Shown here: in pieces, positions 1 through 11,237 of the stretch | How positions within the stretch are numbered: position 1 is the first letter of the stretch | Layout: each line of letters opens with the position of its first letter | Source: Callorhinchus milii | Taxonomy: Eukaryota | NCBI RefSeq assembly: GCF_018977255.1 | Contig: NW_024704743.1 | Location: forward strand, 78,432,001 to 78,496,000 | DNA: 64,000 bases | Direction: 5' to 3' | Notes under the pieces: model-generated | What the model saw: only the letters and a program-made list of their open reading frames with translations | Database searches by the model: none | Told to the model about the DNA's origin: nothing | Position numbers and translations under genes: made by a program

Positions 1-84
1 AAACTGATCTTAAGTCAAATATCTTACAATGACTTCCTGGGCCAGTAGCTCAGTTAAATGAACGCCTCGCACTTGTATACAAAC

Positions 85-201
85 CTCCTCTTCTTTGGAA
101 TATCCCAGTTTTCTTAGTCTGCAGGACGTAACGTGTTTTTCTAGAGATGATTTAGGAACTCTATGACCTGCATCAAGTGGGCAAATAGCCATTGGCTCAA
201 G
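85..201 (-). CDS. SNRNP48: SNRNP48 second coding exon (CHHC zinc finger); gene continues beyond the window start
   Basis: LEPMAICPLDAGHRVPKSSLEKHVTSCRLRKLGYSKEEE with C-H-H-C ligands; tttcccag acceptor and gtttgt donor. Confidence 0.93.
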
Positions 202-764
202 CTGGGAAAGTTCAAAAAATAGTTACACAACTATTCAGTTTAATGAATAATAATAATAATAATAATATCGTCATGTTAACATGTGTCACTCTCGGGCTGC
301 TCTCTGCAGTCACTCGGCCGGTGCTCCAGCCTGGGAGTTTGTTCAATCATCAGCTGTGTTTCAGGCTGTGTTCCAGGCTGTCCCCCCCCCTGTCTGTACC
401 TGCAGGTGTGCTGCATGGCCAGGCCCGGCCTCCATCCCCGGCCCTCACCCCAACCGCGGCCTCGTCACCTCGGCACTGGATTTCTCTTGGCCCTGCCCTC
501 CTCGGCCATCTCCCTCCCTCCCTCCCCCCACAGCTTCCAGCTCACTGGGTGAGTGAGGAATATCCTCTCGTGCTGTGGTGTCCACCATCCCTCCCTCCCT
601 CCCTCCCTTCCCTCCTCCCAGACTTTCGTCTGTGCGACTCTCTGCCCGAACCCCTCCATCTTGACCCCCCGCTTTGCCCCGTCTCCAATCCGGGCCTGTG
701 CCCCCTCCCCCAACTCGGTGTTGAAACACACCGCTGTTTAAGCGAGTTGTCGTGTAGCTCTCAC

Positions 765-956
765 CGGGCCCCCGGCCGGCGGCTCGGGGTTGCTGGGGTC
801 CAGGTCCAGGCCCAGGCCCAGGCTCCAGCCCAGCCGAGTGAGGAGATCCTGGACCGAGGCCGCGCAGCGCTCGGTGAACTCCGCCAACTCCGTAACCCGC
901 TCCCAGCGGCTCTGCAACTGTCTGGAATATTCTATGTTGGCTTCCATCGCCGCCAT
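765..956 (-). CDS. SNRNP48: SNRNP48 (U11/U12 snRNP 48 kDa protein), first coding exon
   Basis: MAAMEANIEYSRQLQSRWERVTELAEFTERCAASVQDLLTRLGWSL resembles the SNRNP48 N-terminus; donor CCG|GTGAGA; CpG-rich; in phase with the next exon. Confidence 0.85.
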
Positions 957-1138
957 CTGTCCCGGGCACAAACCGCACAGCCCCGGCCTCGGGTTACACT
1001 CACACCCCCCGGCCCCACACCAGAACTTTCCCGGGGCCCGGCGGCGGGGACAGACGCTCACAGTGGGCGAGCGGGTTTATACTGGAGCTGAGGGTTTGGG
1101 GCCCGGGGTCCAGGGCCCGTCACTGTGTATAACACTGT

Positions 1139-1440
1139 CAGCCCCGCCCTCACCCCGAGACACCAGGCCTCAGCCTCAGCCCCGCCCTCACCCCGAGACA
1201 CCAGGCCTCAGCCACAGCCCCGCCCTCACCCCGAGACACCAGGCCTCAGCCACAGCCCCGCCCTCACCCCGAGACACCAGGCCTCAGCCACAGCCCCGCC
1301 CTCACCCCGAGACACCAGGCCTCAGCCACAGCCCCGCCCTCACCCCGAGACACCAGGCCTCAGCCACAGCCCCCCCCCCCCGAGACACCAGGCCTCAGCC
1401 ACAGCCTCACCCCGAGACACCAGGCCTCAGCCACAGCCTC
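1139..1440. repeat. 38-bp minisatellite (about 6 full and 2 degenerate units)
   Basis: Unit CAGCCCCGCCCTCACCCCGAGACACCAGGCCTCAGCCA starts at 1139, 1177, 1215, 1253, 1291 and 1329. Confidence 0.95.
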
Positions 1441-1509
1441 GGCCTCACCAGCCGGGAAAGGCAGACTGAACACAACAGCTTCCGGGTCACAGCCACAGAG
1501 AGAGCGTGA

Positions 1510-3310
1510 GCCCCCCCCCCCGAGAGAGAGACAGACCCCCCCCCCCCAGAGTGACAGAACACCCCCCGCCCCGAGAGAGACAGAACACCCCCCGCCCCGA
1601 GAGACAGACACCCCCCCGAGAGAGACAGAACACCCCCCCCGAGAGAGACAGAACACCCCCCCCCGAGAGAGACAGAACACCCCCCCCCCCGAGAGAGACA
1701 GAACACCCCCCCCCGAGAGACAGACCCCCCCCCCCGAGAGAGACAGAACACCCCCCCCCCGAGAGACAGACCCCCCCCCCCCCCGAGAGAGACAGAACAC
1801 CCCCCCCCCCGAGAGAGACAGAACACCCCCCCCCCCCGAGAGAGACAGAACACCCCCCCCCCGAGAGACAGACCCCCCCCCCGAGAGAGACAGAACACCC
1901 CCCCCCGAGAGACAGACCCCCCCCCCAGAGAGACAGAACACCCCCCCCCGAGAGAGACAGACCCCCCCCCCCGAGAGAGACAGACCCCCCCCCCCCGAGA
2001 GAGACAGACCCCCCCCCCCCGAGAGAGACAGACCCCCCCCGAGAGAGACAGAACACCCCCCCCCCGAGAGAGACAGACCCCCCCCCCGAGAGAGACAGAC
2101 CCCCCCCCCCGAGAGAGACAGACCCCCCCCCCGAGAGAGACAGAACACCCCCCCGAGAGAGACAGACCCCCCCCCCCGAGAGAGAGACAGACCCCCCCCC
2201 CGAGAGAGACAGACCCCCCCCCCCGAGAGAGACAGACCCCCCCCCGAGAGAGACAAACCCCCCCCCGAGAGAGAGACAGACCCCCCCCCGAGAGAGAGAC
2301 AGACCCCCCCCCGAGAGAGAGACAGTACCCCCCCGAGAGAGAGACAGTACCCCCCCGAGAGAGAGACAACCCCCCCCCCCCCCCGAGAGAGAGACAGACC
2401 CCCCCGAGAGAGAGACAACCCCCCCCCCGAGAGAGAGACAGACCGCCCCCCCCGAGAGAGAGACAGTACCCCCCGAGAGAGAGACAGCACCCCCCCGAGA
2501 GAGAGACAGACCCCCCCCCCCAAGAGAGACAGACCAACAGACTCACCCACCCCCACCGAGAGAGCAAGAGAGACCACCCCCCAGAGAGAGAGACCAACAG
2601 ACCCCCACCCCGAGAGAAAGAGAGACCACCCCCCCCGAGAAAGAGAGATAGACAGACCACTCCCCCCCCCCCCCAAGAGAGAGACTCCCGCTCAGAGAGA
2701 GGGAGACCCCCCCTATGAGAGAGAGACAGAACCCCCCCCCCCCGAGAGACAGACCCCCCCCCCCCGAGAGAGAGACAGACCAACAGACTCACCCACCCCC
2801 ACCGAGAGAGCAAGAGAGACCACCCCCCAGAGAGAGAGACCAACAGACCCCCACCCCGAGTGAAAGAAAGACAACCCCCCCCCGAGAAAGAGAGATAGAC
2901 AGACCACTCCCCCCCCCCCCAAGAGAGAGACCCCTCCTTGAGAGAGAGAGAACCCGCCTGAGGGAGAGACCCCCCTTGAGAGAGACCCCTCCCAGAGAAA
3001 GAGACCCCCCTCCCCCCTGGAGAGAGACCCCCCCCCAGAGAGAACTTCCTAGAGAAAGAGACCACCCCCCAGAGAGAGAGAACACCCCAGAGAGACCCCC
3101 CCGAGAGTGAGCCCCCAGAGAGAGAGCCCCGCCAGAGAGAAAGACCCCCCTAGAGAGAGAGAGCCCCCCCAGAGAGAGACCTCCCTCCCAGACTCGAGAG
3201 ACCCCCCACCTTCCCGAGAGAACCCTTCCCCAGAGAGAACCCCCACCCCCAGGTAGAGTGAGACCCCGCCACTCCCCGAGAGAGAAAGAGAGAGACACCA
3301 CAGAGAGAGT
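1510..3310. repeat. Low-complexity satellite (Cn GAGAGAGACAGA)n, ~20-bp unit
   Basis: Dozens of C7-12 runs alternating with GA/CA tracts; almost no T on the + strand. Confidence 0.95.
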
Positions 3311-3384
3311 ATTGCTGACAACTCGCTGGTGAAAGTTAGAACTCATCGAGGACTCGGCAATGAGCAGAACAGCAGTGATCACGG

Positions 3385-3670
3385 AATAATAATAATCTTT
3401 GCATTTGATATAGCGCTTTTCACATCTTCTGGACGTCTCAAAGCACTTCACAGAATATACTGTAAAGTGAATTGACCGTATATTTGTGGGCAAAATGTAG
3501 CAGCCAATTGCGCACAGCAGTGTCCCACAAACAGTTGTGGATTGCAGTGACCAATTTATTGTTTTTGTGGAGGCGTGTGGAGTAAGGAAATTTGCCCAAG
3601 GTTTCACCCTGCTGGGAATCAAACTCAGGTCTCTTGCTTGCGAGGCGAGTGCTCTAAGCTACAGGACTCC
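3385..3670 (-). mobile_element. tRNA-derived SINE, diverged copy
   Basis: Same head and tail as 6679-7001. Confidence 0.88.
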
Positions 3671-5089
3671 TCAGGAATTGGGTAGGGGCAGAGAAATAGA
3701 GTCATGTGTTATCTGTAAATGTGGAATCGAGCCCCGTTTCTACAGATGATGCGAGGGGAGCATATAAATGATGAAAAAGAGGGAATTTACAATAGAGCTC
3801 TGAGGAACACTGATTTGGGACGTCCTCCCGACGTGAAAGGCGCTATACAAATGTATTGTTGTTGTTGACTCTTGTTGACTGGGAGGAGGAGAAGCAATTA
3901 AAATAGCCAAAGTGAAGAGGAAGGTTGAGATCTGTTTTGAAGAAGGCAAGGGAGGGAGCAAGACGGAAGGACTGTGATGGAGTTCCAAACAGTGGGGGCA
4001 GAAGAGCTGAATGATATCAATTTTAACTGCAGATTACTAAGGATTTTTACATAATGCCTTAAACCACAAAGTAGATTAAATATAGTAGCAAAGGGGTTTC
4101 ACATCAGTTTTAATGCACAGCCAGATTTTACTGTTACTAAATAAAAATTACATGTTAACGGATGCTGAAACTGAATTTTTACATACACATAAATAAGTTA
4201 TCAAAGAGTATACTTGTGTAGAAGTATATGGCGACAACGGCTACGCAAATTTTGATTGATGATCTCTTAATACCATTCAGTCCAAGAGCAATTTGTAGGA
4301 TCTATTGTTCCATTTTAATTCCATTCCTGGTAATCAAAGGACTAATATTCCCATTCCATTTAGCCATTGATCAATTGCTTTAATAAAAATAATTGATGTC
4401 AATTTTCTTTATCACTAAGATTTGTTATTTGGTTGCAAGAAAGAAAAACAGCTTTTAGGTCAAACGTATTTCACCCACAAAATACACAGTCACTACACTT
4501 TACAGTATTATATTCTGTGAAGCGCTTTAGACATCTCAACGATGTAATAAGGCGCTACATCAAATGAAAGAATAATTATTATAATAAGTTTATGACAAAC
4601 ATGCAGTAAGTTTCTTGAGTTCCAGATAATAGGAATGAATGTCACCAAATACGTACACATCCTTTGTGTCTCTGTTTTTAAATTGTTTTCACATTGAACA
4701 GAAAAGCGTCTCTAAGCTTGCAGGAAAAAATACATGAACATCAAAATACATCCATCCATAGAGTGTCATGAAGGCAAATTCATAACACGCATAAATCAGA
4801 TACCAATATCGTGCCTTTCACAAGAGAGGACATTTCAGTGTGCTTCCCACACAGGATTGGGAACTCGAACAGGGGTTATGCGGAAATCAGATTGGAGTGA
4901 CTTGAGGGAGAACTGAGAGAAGGAGAGAAACTGGGAAGTAAGATTCATTCCAGAATCTTGTAAAAGGTCATAGACCTGAAACATTAACTCATTTGCCTCT
5001 CTCCGTAGATGCTGCCTGATCTGCTGCATGTTACCAGCAACTTCTGTTTTTACTTCAGATTTGCAGCATCTGCAGTATTTTTCATCTTG

Positions 5090-5660
5090 GAAAAGAAGGG
5101 CAGGTTAGAAGTGGGTCAGTACCTGGAGAGCATGGTAGGGTCAAGTAAGGGCTTCCTGAGGAGATGGGTGGTAACGGTAGTTATGAAAGTGGGTGGTACT
5201 AGGCAGTATTGTGGCGGTTGAAGAGGTTGGCCAGCAGGAAAGCAAGGTTCTGGTTTGCCAGAAACTGGGGAGAGGTCAAGGGAGAAAGTGGTGGGTTTCG
5301 TAAGGAAGAAGAGGGATGAGGGGACAACGGGGTTGAAGGTGTGGAAAGAGGGGTGAGTCGTGTTTTGAGGGAAGATTTGGAGAAGGGGTGGTGGTGGCAG
5401 AGGCAGCTGAGTGAATCTGCTTGATTGTAGACCCAAGGAAGTACATCATCTCGTATTTGGAGTTGGAGGCGAGGATGGAGAGAACACATTGGCTTGATTA
5501 GCTGGAGTGAGTAGCCAGAGAGACGAACAGAGTTCAAACCAAAGGAAAGAAGGCACTGTCAAGAGCTAAAAAAAAAGATTGTTTCAGTTTTGATAGCATT
5601 CAGTTGAAGAAAATTAACACACATCAAGGGCTTGGTGTCTTGACAAGCAGTCAGTCAGAA
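5090..5660 (-). mobile_element. Degenerate L2-like LINE fragment
   Basis: Purine-rich + strand with patchy similarity to the other L2 copies. Confidence 0.5.
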
Positions 5661-6544
5661 TAGCAATGTGAAACCCATGCATGATCCATGCCAGTGATAA
5701 TGGCCTTTTAGTATGAATAACAGTTTTGGGAGTCTAGCAAGTGAAAAGAAGAGGGAACTAAGTTATTTTTTCAGTGTTTATGCAAATTATAACTGGTGTT
5801 TGTTCTGACCTTTAAAAGAAAAAGAGAGTATTTATTGTTCAAAGTATTCTCAATTTTATAGAAAGTACAAGTCTCGGAAACACTTTTTTTAAAAATGCCT
5901 ATTTTCTCAACCTCATGTAATCTTGAGTTGGGTCTTCATTGCTATTTAGATACAGCATCTATCTTTGTTTCTTCTATAACTTATTGCTGGGGGACAGGGA
6001 AGAAGTGGAGTCTGGCAAGGATGGAGGTATGAAAACCAGGAGAGAAGATTGTGTATGGAATTCTGGATGAATTGTAGTTTATGAAATGTAAAGCTAAGGA
6101 GGGCAGTGAGGAAACCATTTGAAAAATCAAGTCTATGTGTGACAAAGTAGTGAGTGAGGATTTCAGCACTGGGAGTAAAATTGGGACAGAGATGGTTAAT
6201 ATTCAAGAGAAAGTGAAATCCGAAAGGTCTCGGGAATGTGGTAGTGTAACTGGGAGCTCTAGGACACTATCCTGAAGGGCTGCTGGGAGGCAATAACACT
6301 TTCCAGCACTTGGATATATTTTACTGCCAACCTACATTTTTTCACTTTATTGATAAAAATTAAACATGAGGAAATAATATATCAGATTGCTGCAAAAAAA
6401 TAAAAAAAAATTCTTTGACAAAAACTGGGTGGCCCATGGTGGGGTGCACACATCAAAGGGCCTGGAGATCGCTGAAAAAAGACATTGAGGAAACTGCTGG
6501 GCTATAGGAGCTCACCACCTCCTGCCTCTCAAGGTCTGGCACCA

Positions 6545-7300
6545 TACACAGACACAGATCCAGAGAGAGACACACACACACTCACAGACAGATAGAGACA
6601 CACATTCTCAGAGAGAGACACACACTCATAAACACAAAGAGACATACACACAGAGAGCAACTATTACAACAACAACAAAATAATAATAATAATAATAATC
6701 CTTGCATTTGATATAGCGCTTTTCACGTCGGGAGGACGTCCCAAAGCGCTTCACAGAACACACTGTAAAGTGAATTGACTGTATATTTGTGGGCGAACGC
6801 GGCAGCCAATTGCGCACAGCAATGTCCCACAAACAGTCGTAGATTGAAAATGACCAATTTAATTATTGTTTTTAGTTTTGGAGGGATTATTATTAGGCGT
6901 GTGGAGTAAGGAAACTTGCCCAAGGTTTCGCCCTGCCTGGAATTGAACTCAGGTCTCTCACTTGCAAAGCGAGTGCTCTAACCACTGAGCTACAGGACTC
7001 CACGCATTACATTTATTAAAAATTACATTTATAGAGCGCCTTTCACGTCGGGAGAACGTCCCAAAATCCCCAAACATCCCAGAGAGAGACACACATACAT
7101 TCACACAGACACCTCATAAACACACATATAGAGGAGACACACTCAGCCACACTCACAAACAAACACACACATACATACAAAAGAACGAGAGACACAGATA
7201 CACTCACATAGAGACACTCACACAGACACTAACAATAGCATACAGAGGAGACACACTCACATAGACAGTCAAACACATAGAGAGAGAGACACAGACAATC
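6545..7300. repeat. Degenerate (CA)n/(GA)n low-complexity tract interrupted by a SINE
   Basis: ACAC/AGAG mosaics at 6545-6660 and 7080-7300. Confidence 0.8.
6679..7001 (-). mobile_element. Young tRNA(Ala-like)-derived SINE, short subfamily, L2-type tail
   Basis: Head GGAGTCCTGTAGCTCAGTGGTTAGAGC (A box) and GAGTTCAATTCC (B box); (ATT)n tail; near-identical to copies at 27295, 34628 and 48494. Confidence 0.92.
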
Positions 7301-7319
7301 ATAACAGTGGGGTCTCCGA

Positions 7320-7875
7320 GTGAAGCGAAGCCCGTTTCCCTCATCCACGCCTTCGGCACCTCCCGCCTCAACTACTTAAACGCCCTCCTTGCTGGTCTCC
7401 CCTGCTCCACTATCCACAAAATTCAACCAATTCAAAACTCCATCACCCACAATTTCACCCGTGCTAAACTCCGTACCTCCATTACCCCAGTCCTTGTCAA
7501 ACTCCATTGGGTCGATTTCAAGATCCTCACTCTTGCATTTAAATCTCTTCATGCCCTGGCATCCCGCTATCTCTCCAACCTGCTCTCTCTCTGTACTACC
7601 CGCTGCCTCCACTCGACTGGCTCCGGCCTCCTCCTTATCCCCCAGACCCTCTGCCCCATTATCGGTGGCAGTGCTTTCAGCCACTGTGCCCCAAAGCTCC
7701 CTCAGTCCCTTTGCTTTGCCTCTTCTCTCCCCAATTTCATATCGCTCTTCAAGACCATCCTTTTTGACCATGACATTGACATTCACCTTCCCCCGGCTCG
7801 CATCGGGCTCCGCCACTGTTAAGCACTCCGGGATGCCTTCCGGCATGAAGGGCGCTATATAAATGCAAGTTGTTG
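7320..7875 (+). mobile_element. L2 LINE 3' fragment
   Basis: LIHAFGTSRLNY...ITPVLVKLHW; L2 tail. Confidence 0.85.
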
Positions 7876-9449
7876 GTATTGTGGTGTGAAACGCTTTGAG
7901 ATTCTCCTGACGTATAAATTGTTGTTGTCATTAAGTGCTTGAAGATATTGTGACTTAAGCCATTATGCTTGATGAAAGTATTTATTATTTTAGAAACTTT
8001 GAAATCTATAACAACAACTTGATTTATATAACACCCCTCACCAGGGTAGCATCACAGCACATTTGACAGTGGCGGAGCCGGGAGGAGGTGGGAGATGACC
8101 GTAAGCACGGTCGAAGAGGAAGGTCTTCAGGTGCGATGTGAAGATGGGGAAAGAGGAGATAAGTACTTTTCTAAATTGAAAACTTCTTCTGATTTGATGA
8201 TTATGTCATTACTGAGCTAAATTGCCAAATTTAATTATAACAAATGGAAGCAAAGGGGAGATTAGGAGAAATTGTTTTGCAAAGTTGTTTGGGTTTGCAG
8301 AAGTGTTGGTTGAGGCAGAATCCACATTAGTTTTCAGGAGGGAATATAATAGATATCTGAAAATGAGTGATTTGAGGGATAATGGGAAAAGGTAGATAAA
8401 TGGGAAAATGGACTGAAGTAATATTTTAATTTTTGTGGTAATACAATTTAAGTATGACCTTGTTAGTTTATTTTTATTTATATAATTATTAACGATTTAC
8501 TGTAATTGTTGGATTATGCGTCCGATAAAAAAAACGATGTAAAATGTTTTTTTATGAACAATTAAGAATCATAAAAATGTTAAAATAGGTTGAAGATCGA
8601 ATGCAGTGAAGTAGATGGAGAATTGTATCAATTTTACATCAATTACAGTAATAAAATTGGGTTTAAGTTTGTAACCTTAACCCATTTCAGGGTGGACTGT
8701 AAGATTCTGTAATTAATGTGTTAAATAATATCTCAAATTATACTTGCGATGTTTATATATTTGAGATATATGATCAATCTCATATGATGGGAGCTGGTTG
8801 TGACTAGCTTTGCAGAAGAAACAAGACTGTTTATAAAGAACAAACTGTTTTCAGTCCTTATCAGTCATGTTCTCATGAAAAAAATGGTCTGCAGCTGGTG
8901 AAAGAGCTGTGCTGTACTTTTTTTTGCAAAGGAACCATCTTGCAAAAGACAATAGGTGAAAGGTCAAGAGAATCCGAAGAAAGAATTGAAGGGAAGAGAT
9001 CGAATTGGACGTCCATAATATCTGGATACCAGTACCTTGGGACTTCCTCCCGACATGAAAGGTGCTTTACAAATGTCATTTTGTTGTTGTTGGATACTTT
9101 CGAGTGATGAAATTGAACAAACGATAATACCTGGGTACTTTTGAGTGATCGAACTGAGAAATGTAAAACAAACGTACATCCCACCTCCCTCGGCTCCCAC
9201 CCCCAGCCCTGGCAGCTGTGTTGAGCGCTTTGAGACGTCCTTCCAACGTGAAAAAGGTGCTGTGTAAATTTCGTAATGTTTCTGGAAATAAAATATAAAA
9301 TATTGCTTGTGCAATATTGCTTGACGTTTCTCAAATATTGCATCTAGCCTGCATCAGCCTGGTTCAGAGTGCATGAAACTATTCTGAAATTTCAACATGT
9401 GAAAATACAAATATAATTCAGCAGACGCAAACAATTTTGAAATGACAAC

Positions 9450-9455
9450 TTTATT
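9450..9455 (-). terminator. Candidate DSP polyadenylation signal AATAAA
   Basis: TTTATT on +, followed on the minus strand by GT-rich TTGTTTGCGTCTG; ~1.8 kb after the stop. An alternative signal lies near 10045. Confidence 0.45.
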
Positions 9456-10335
9456 AATAAAGAGAAGCAAGAATGCACCATCTTAAAATTCAGCATGCTT
9501 ATAGACTGATACAAAATCGATGTTCAAAACCCCCTTTCAATACTACATAAACTACTGCTCTTAAATTCAAAGTTCATTACATATTGCTCTGATGGCTATA
9601 TATGTGAATAATCATATGCTAAACTATAAATTGCATTACACTTAGTATGATTTTTTTCTACCCTCCCCCAAAAAACTTGCAATTTCAAACCACCAAAAAG
9701 CTCATCTATACAGTGGAGCCCATTTAAGATCAATTTGTTTCTAGTAACAGAAACTATGTTCACTGCAATGTAAGGTATCAATCTGTACAATCAATTCCTA
9801 TTCAACTCAATGATTTTTGAAGTGTTGTATTTTGTCTACAGCTGCTTGCTTCCTCCTTTTCATGCCACAAATTCATTGCTGCTAAAATTATATGAATTTC
9901 ACAATGGCATGATTTTTTAAAAAAATCATAAGAATTATACAGCACAGAAGGAGGCCATTCGGCCTATCGTTTCTGTGCCAGCTCTTTGAAAAGAACTATC
10001 CAAATCAAAAAAGTACCATAGCTATTAATTCAGACCAGATGTCTTTTATTGAATTGAAACTGTAATAGGATTTAGTGTTTAGCTAATTGTTGAATTCTAA
10101 TATTTTGAGGTAGAAAGAACCTTTGCACAACTTATTCATTTTCATTATTATAATGGATATCAGAGAGATCAATGTTAAAATCTTGCTCTAGATGAACTAC
10201 ATTTAAGCAAATAGATAATGATCTTAACAGGGCACCAGTGTATAATAAAATACATTTAAAACATTTGCAAAGACAAGTGAATATAATGAAGAGAACAATT
10301 TGGGCTTTTCATGAATTTTAAAAACAACCATTGTA

Positions 10336-11201
10336 CAGTAAAACTCACATAAGTTGTATTGGAACTATAACATGTATTATGACTTATGCGAAGTATGAGT
10401 TATGGCAAACTTGGAGAAGTCATATATCATATATATGACTTATGTAAAGTTAGGTATAAGTCAGATTTGTTATAACTTACACATAACACATACATAAGTA
10501 CTGTACTGACTGGGGACATTAAGGCAAGGATTCCGAACAATGTTTAACTCTTGCATATTAAAGCAATGGTAGCCCATTCTTTCCATGCAAAGATACTGTA
10601 CCACATTGCGGAAAACATGTACTGTACAATGAATGACACAACCAAACAGGTTTGCCAAACCAACAGAACTGTTTTGATAGAATATAAACTTAATTTGTGT
10701 TTAGGTGGGGTATCTGCATTGCCTGATGCCACGATGACTGGTCAAAACCTTGTCTTCCATCCTTGTTCGATGTGTATCATTCCATCAGCTGAAGGCATTG
10801 CAGCCAGTAAGCGCGCATTAGGTGACGGGTCGGGACTTAGGTTCCCGTAATTGTTTCGCATGGAGCTACTTCAAGGCCGGTAAGTGCGCATGTCGTGTCG
10901 GGTTCCCCTCGCTTACCTGTGATCAGGTAATGCTCTTTCCTCTCCCTGCTCCTGTACGCGATGATGTTGATGTTACATCCCTGGGAGGAGGGCATGGAGA
11001 GCATTGGGGTGCGAATGTGTGGTGTTCTGTTTTAGGCAAGCGGGCAAAGTTTTGACCCACCAGTCAGTAAGTGTGGTAGTGGCAAGTGTGGGAGTTATGC
11101 AGTGATTAATATAACGAGTGCATAGGAATAAGTGAATTTAAAAAGAAATTGAATGGGTGATTGTATGATTTATACAGATAAGACTTATGCAAGTTTTACT
11201 G
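10336..11201. mobile_element. Tigger/pogo-like non-autonomous DNA transposon in the DSP 3' region
   Basis: TIRs CAGTAAAACTCACATAAGT and CAGTAAAACTTGCATAAGT (17/19 match), TA on both flanks. Confidence 0.8.
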
Positions 11202-11237
11202 TATTTTGTTACTTGTTTAGGTTTTCATAGAGAATGG

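Larger units (their letters stand above)
730..1500. promoter_or_regulatory. CpG island / promoter region of SNRNP48
   Basis: High GC and CpG density, repeated GC boxes, ETS-like CCGGAAG on the minus strand near 1478-1484. Confidence 0.7.

Noticed and set aside
1139..1440. CRISPR-like periodic repeats
   Set aside because: Head-to-tail units with no unique spacers, no cas genes, and a vertebrate context.
192..1509. Plus-strand ORFs of 299 and 239 aa
   Set aside because: They are antisense to SNRNP48 across a CpG island and minisatellite, with no recognisable domains.
1360..3110. Long Gly/Pro/Arg-rich ORFs of up to 552 aa
   Set aside because: Artefacts of a stop-poor satellite; open in several frames with no protein-like complexity.
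6925..7001. tRNA-Ala-like genes here and at the other SINE heads
   Set aside because: No proper acceptor stem, and each is fused to the same SINE body and tail.
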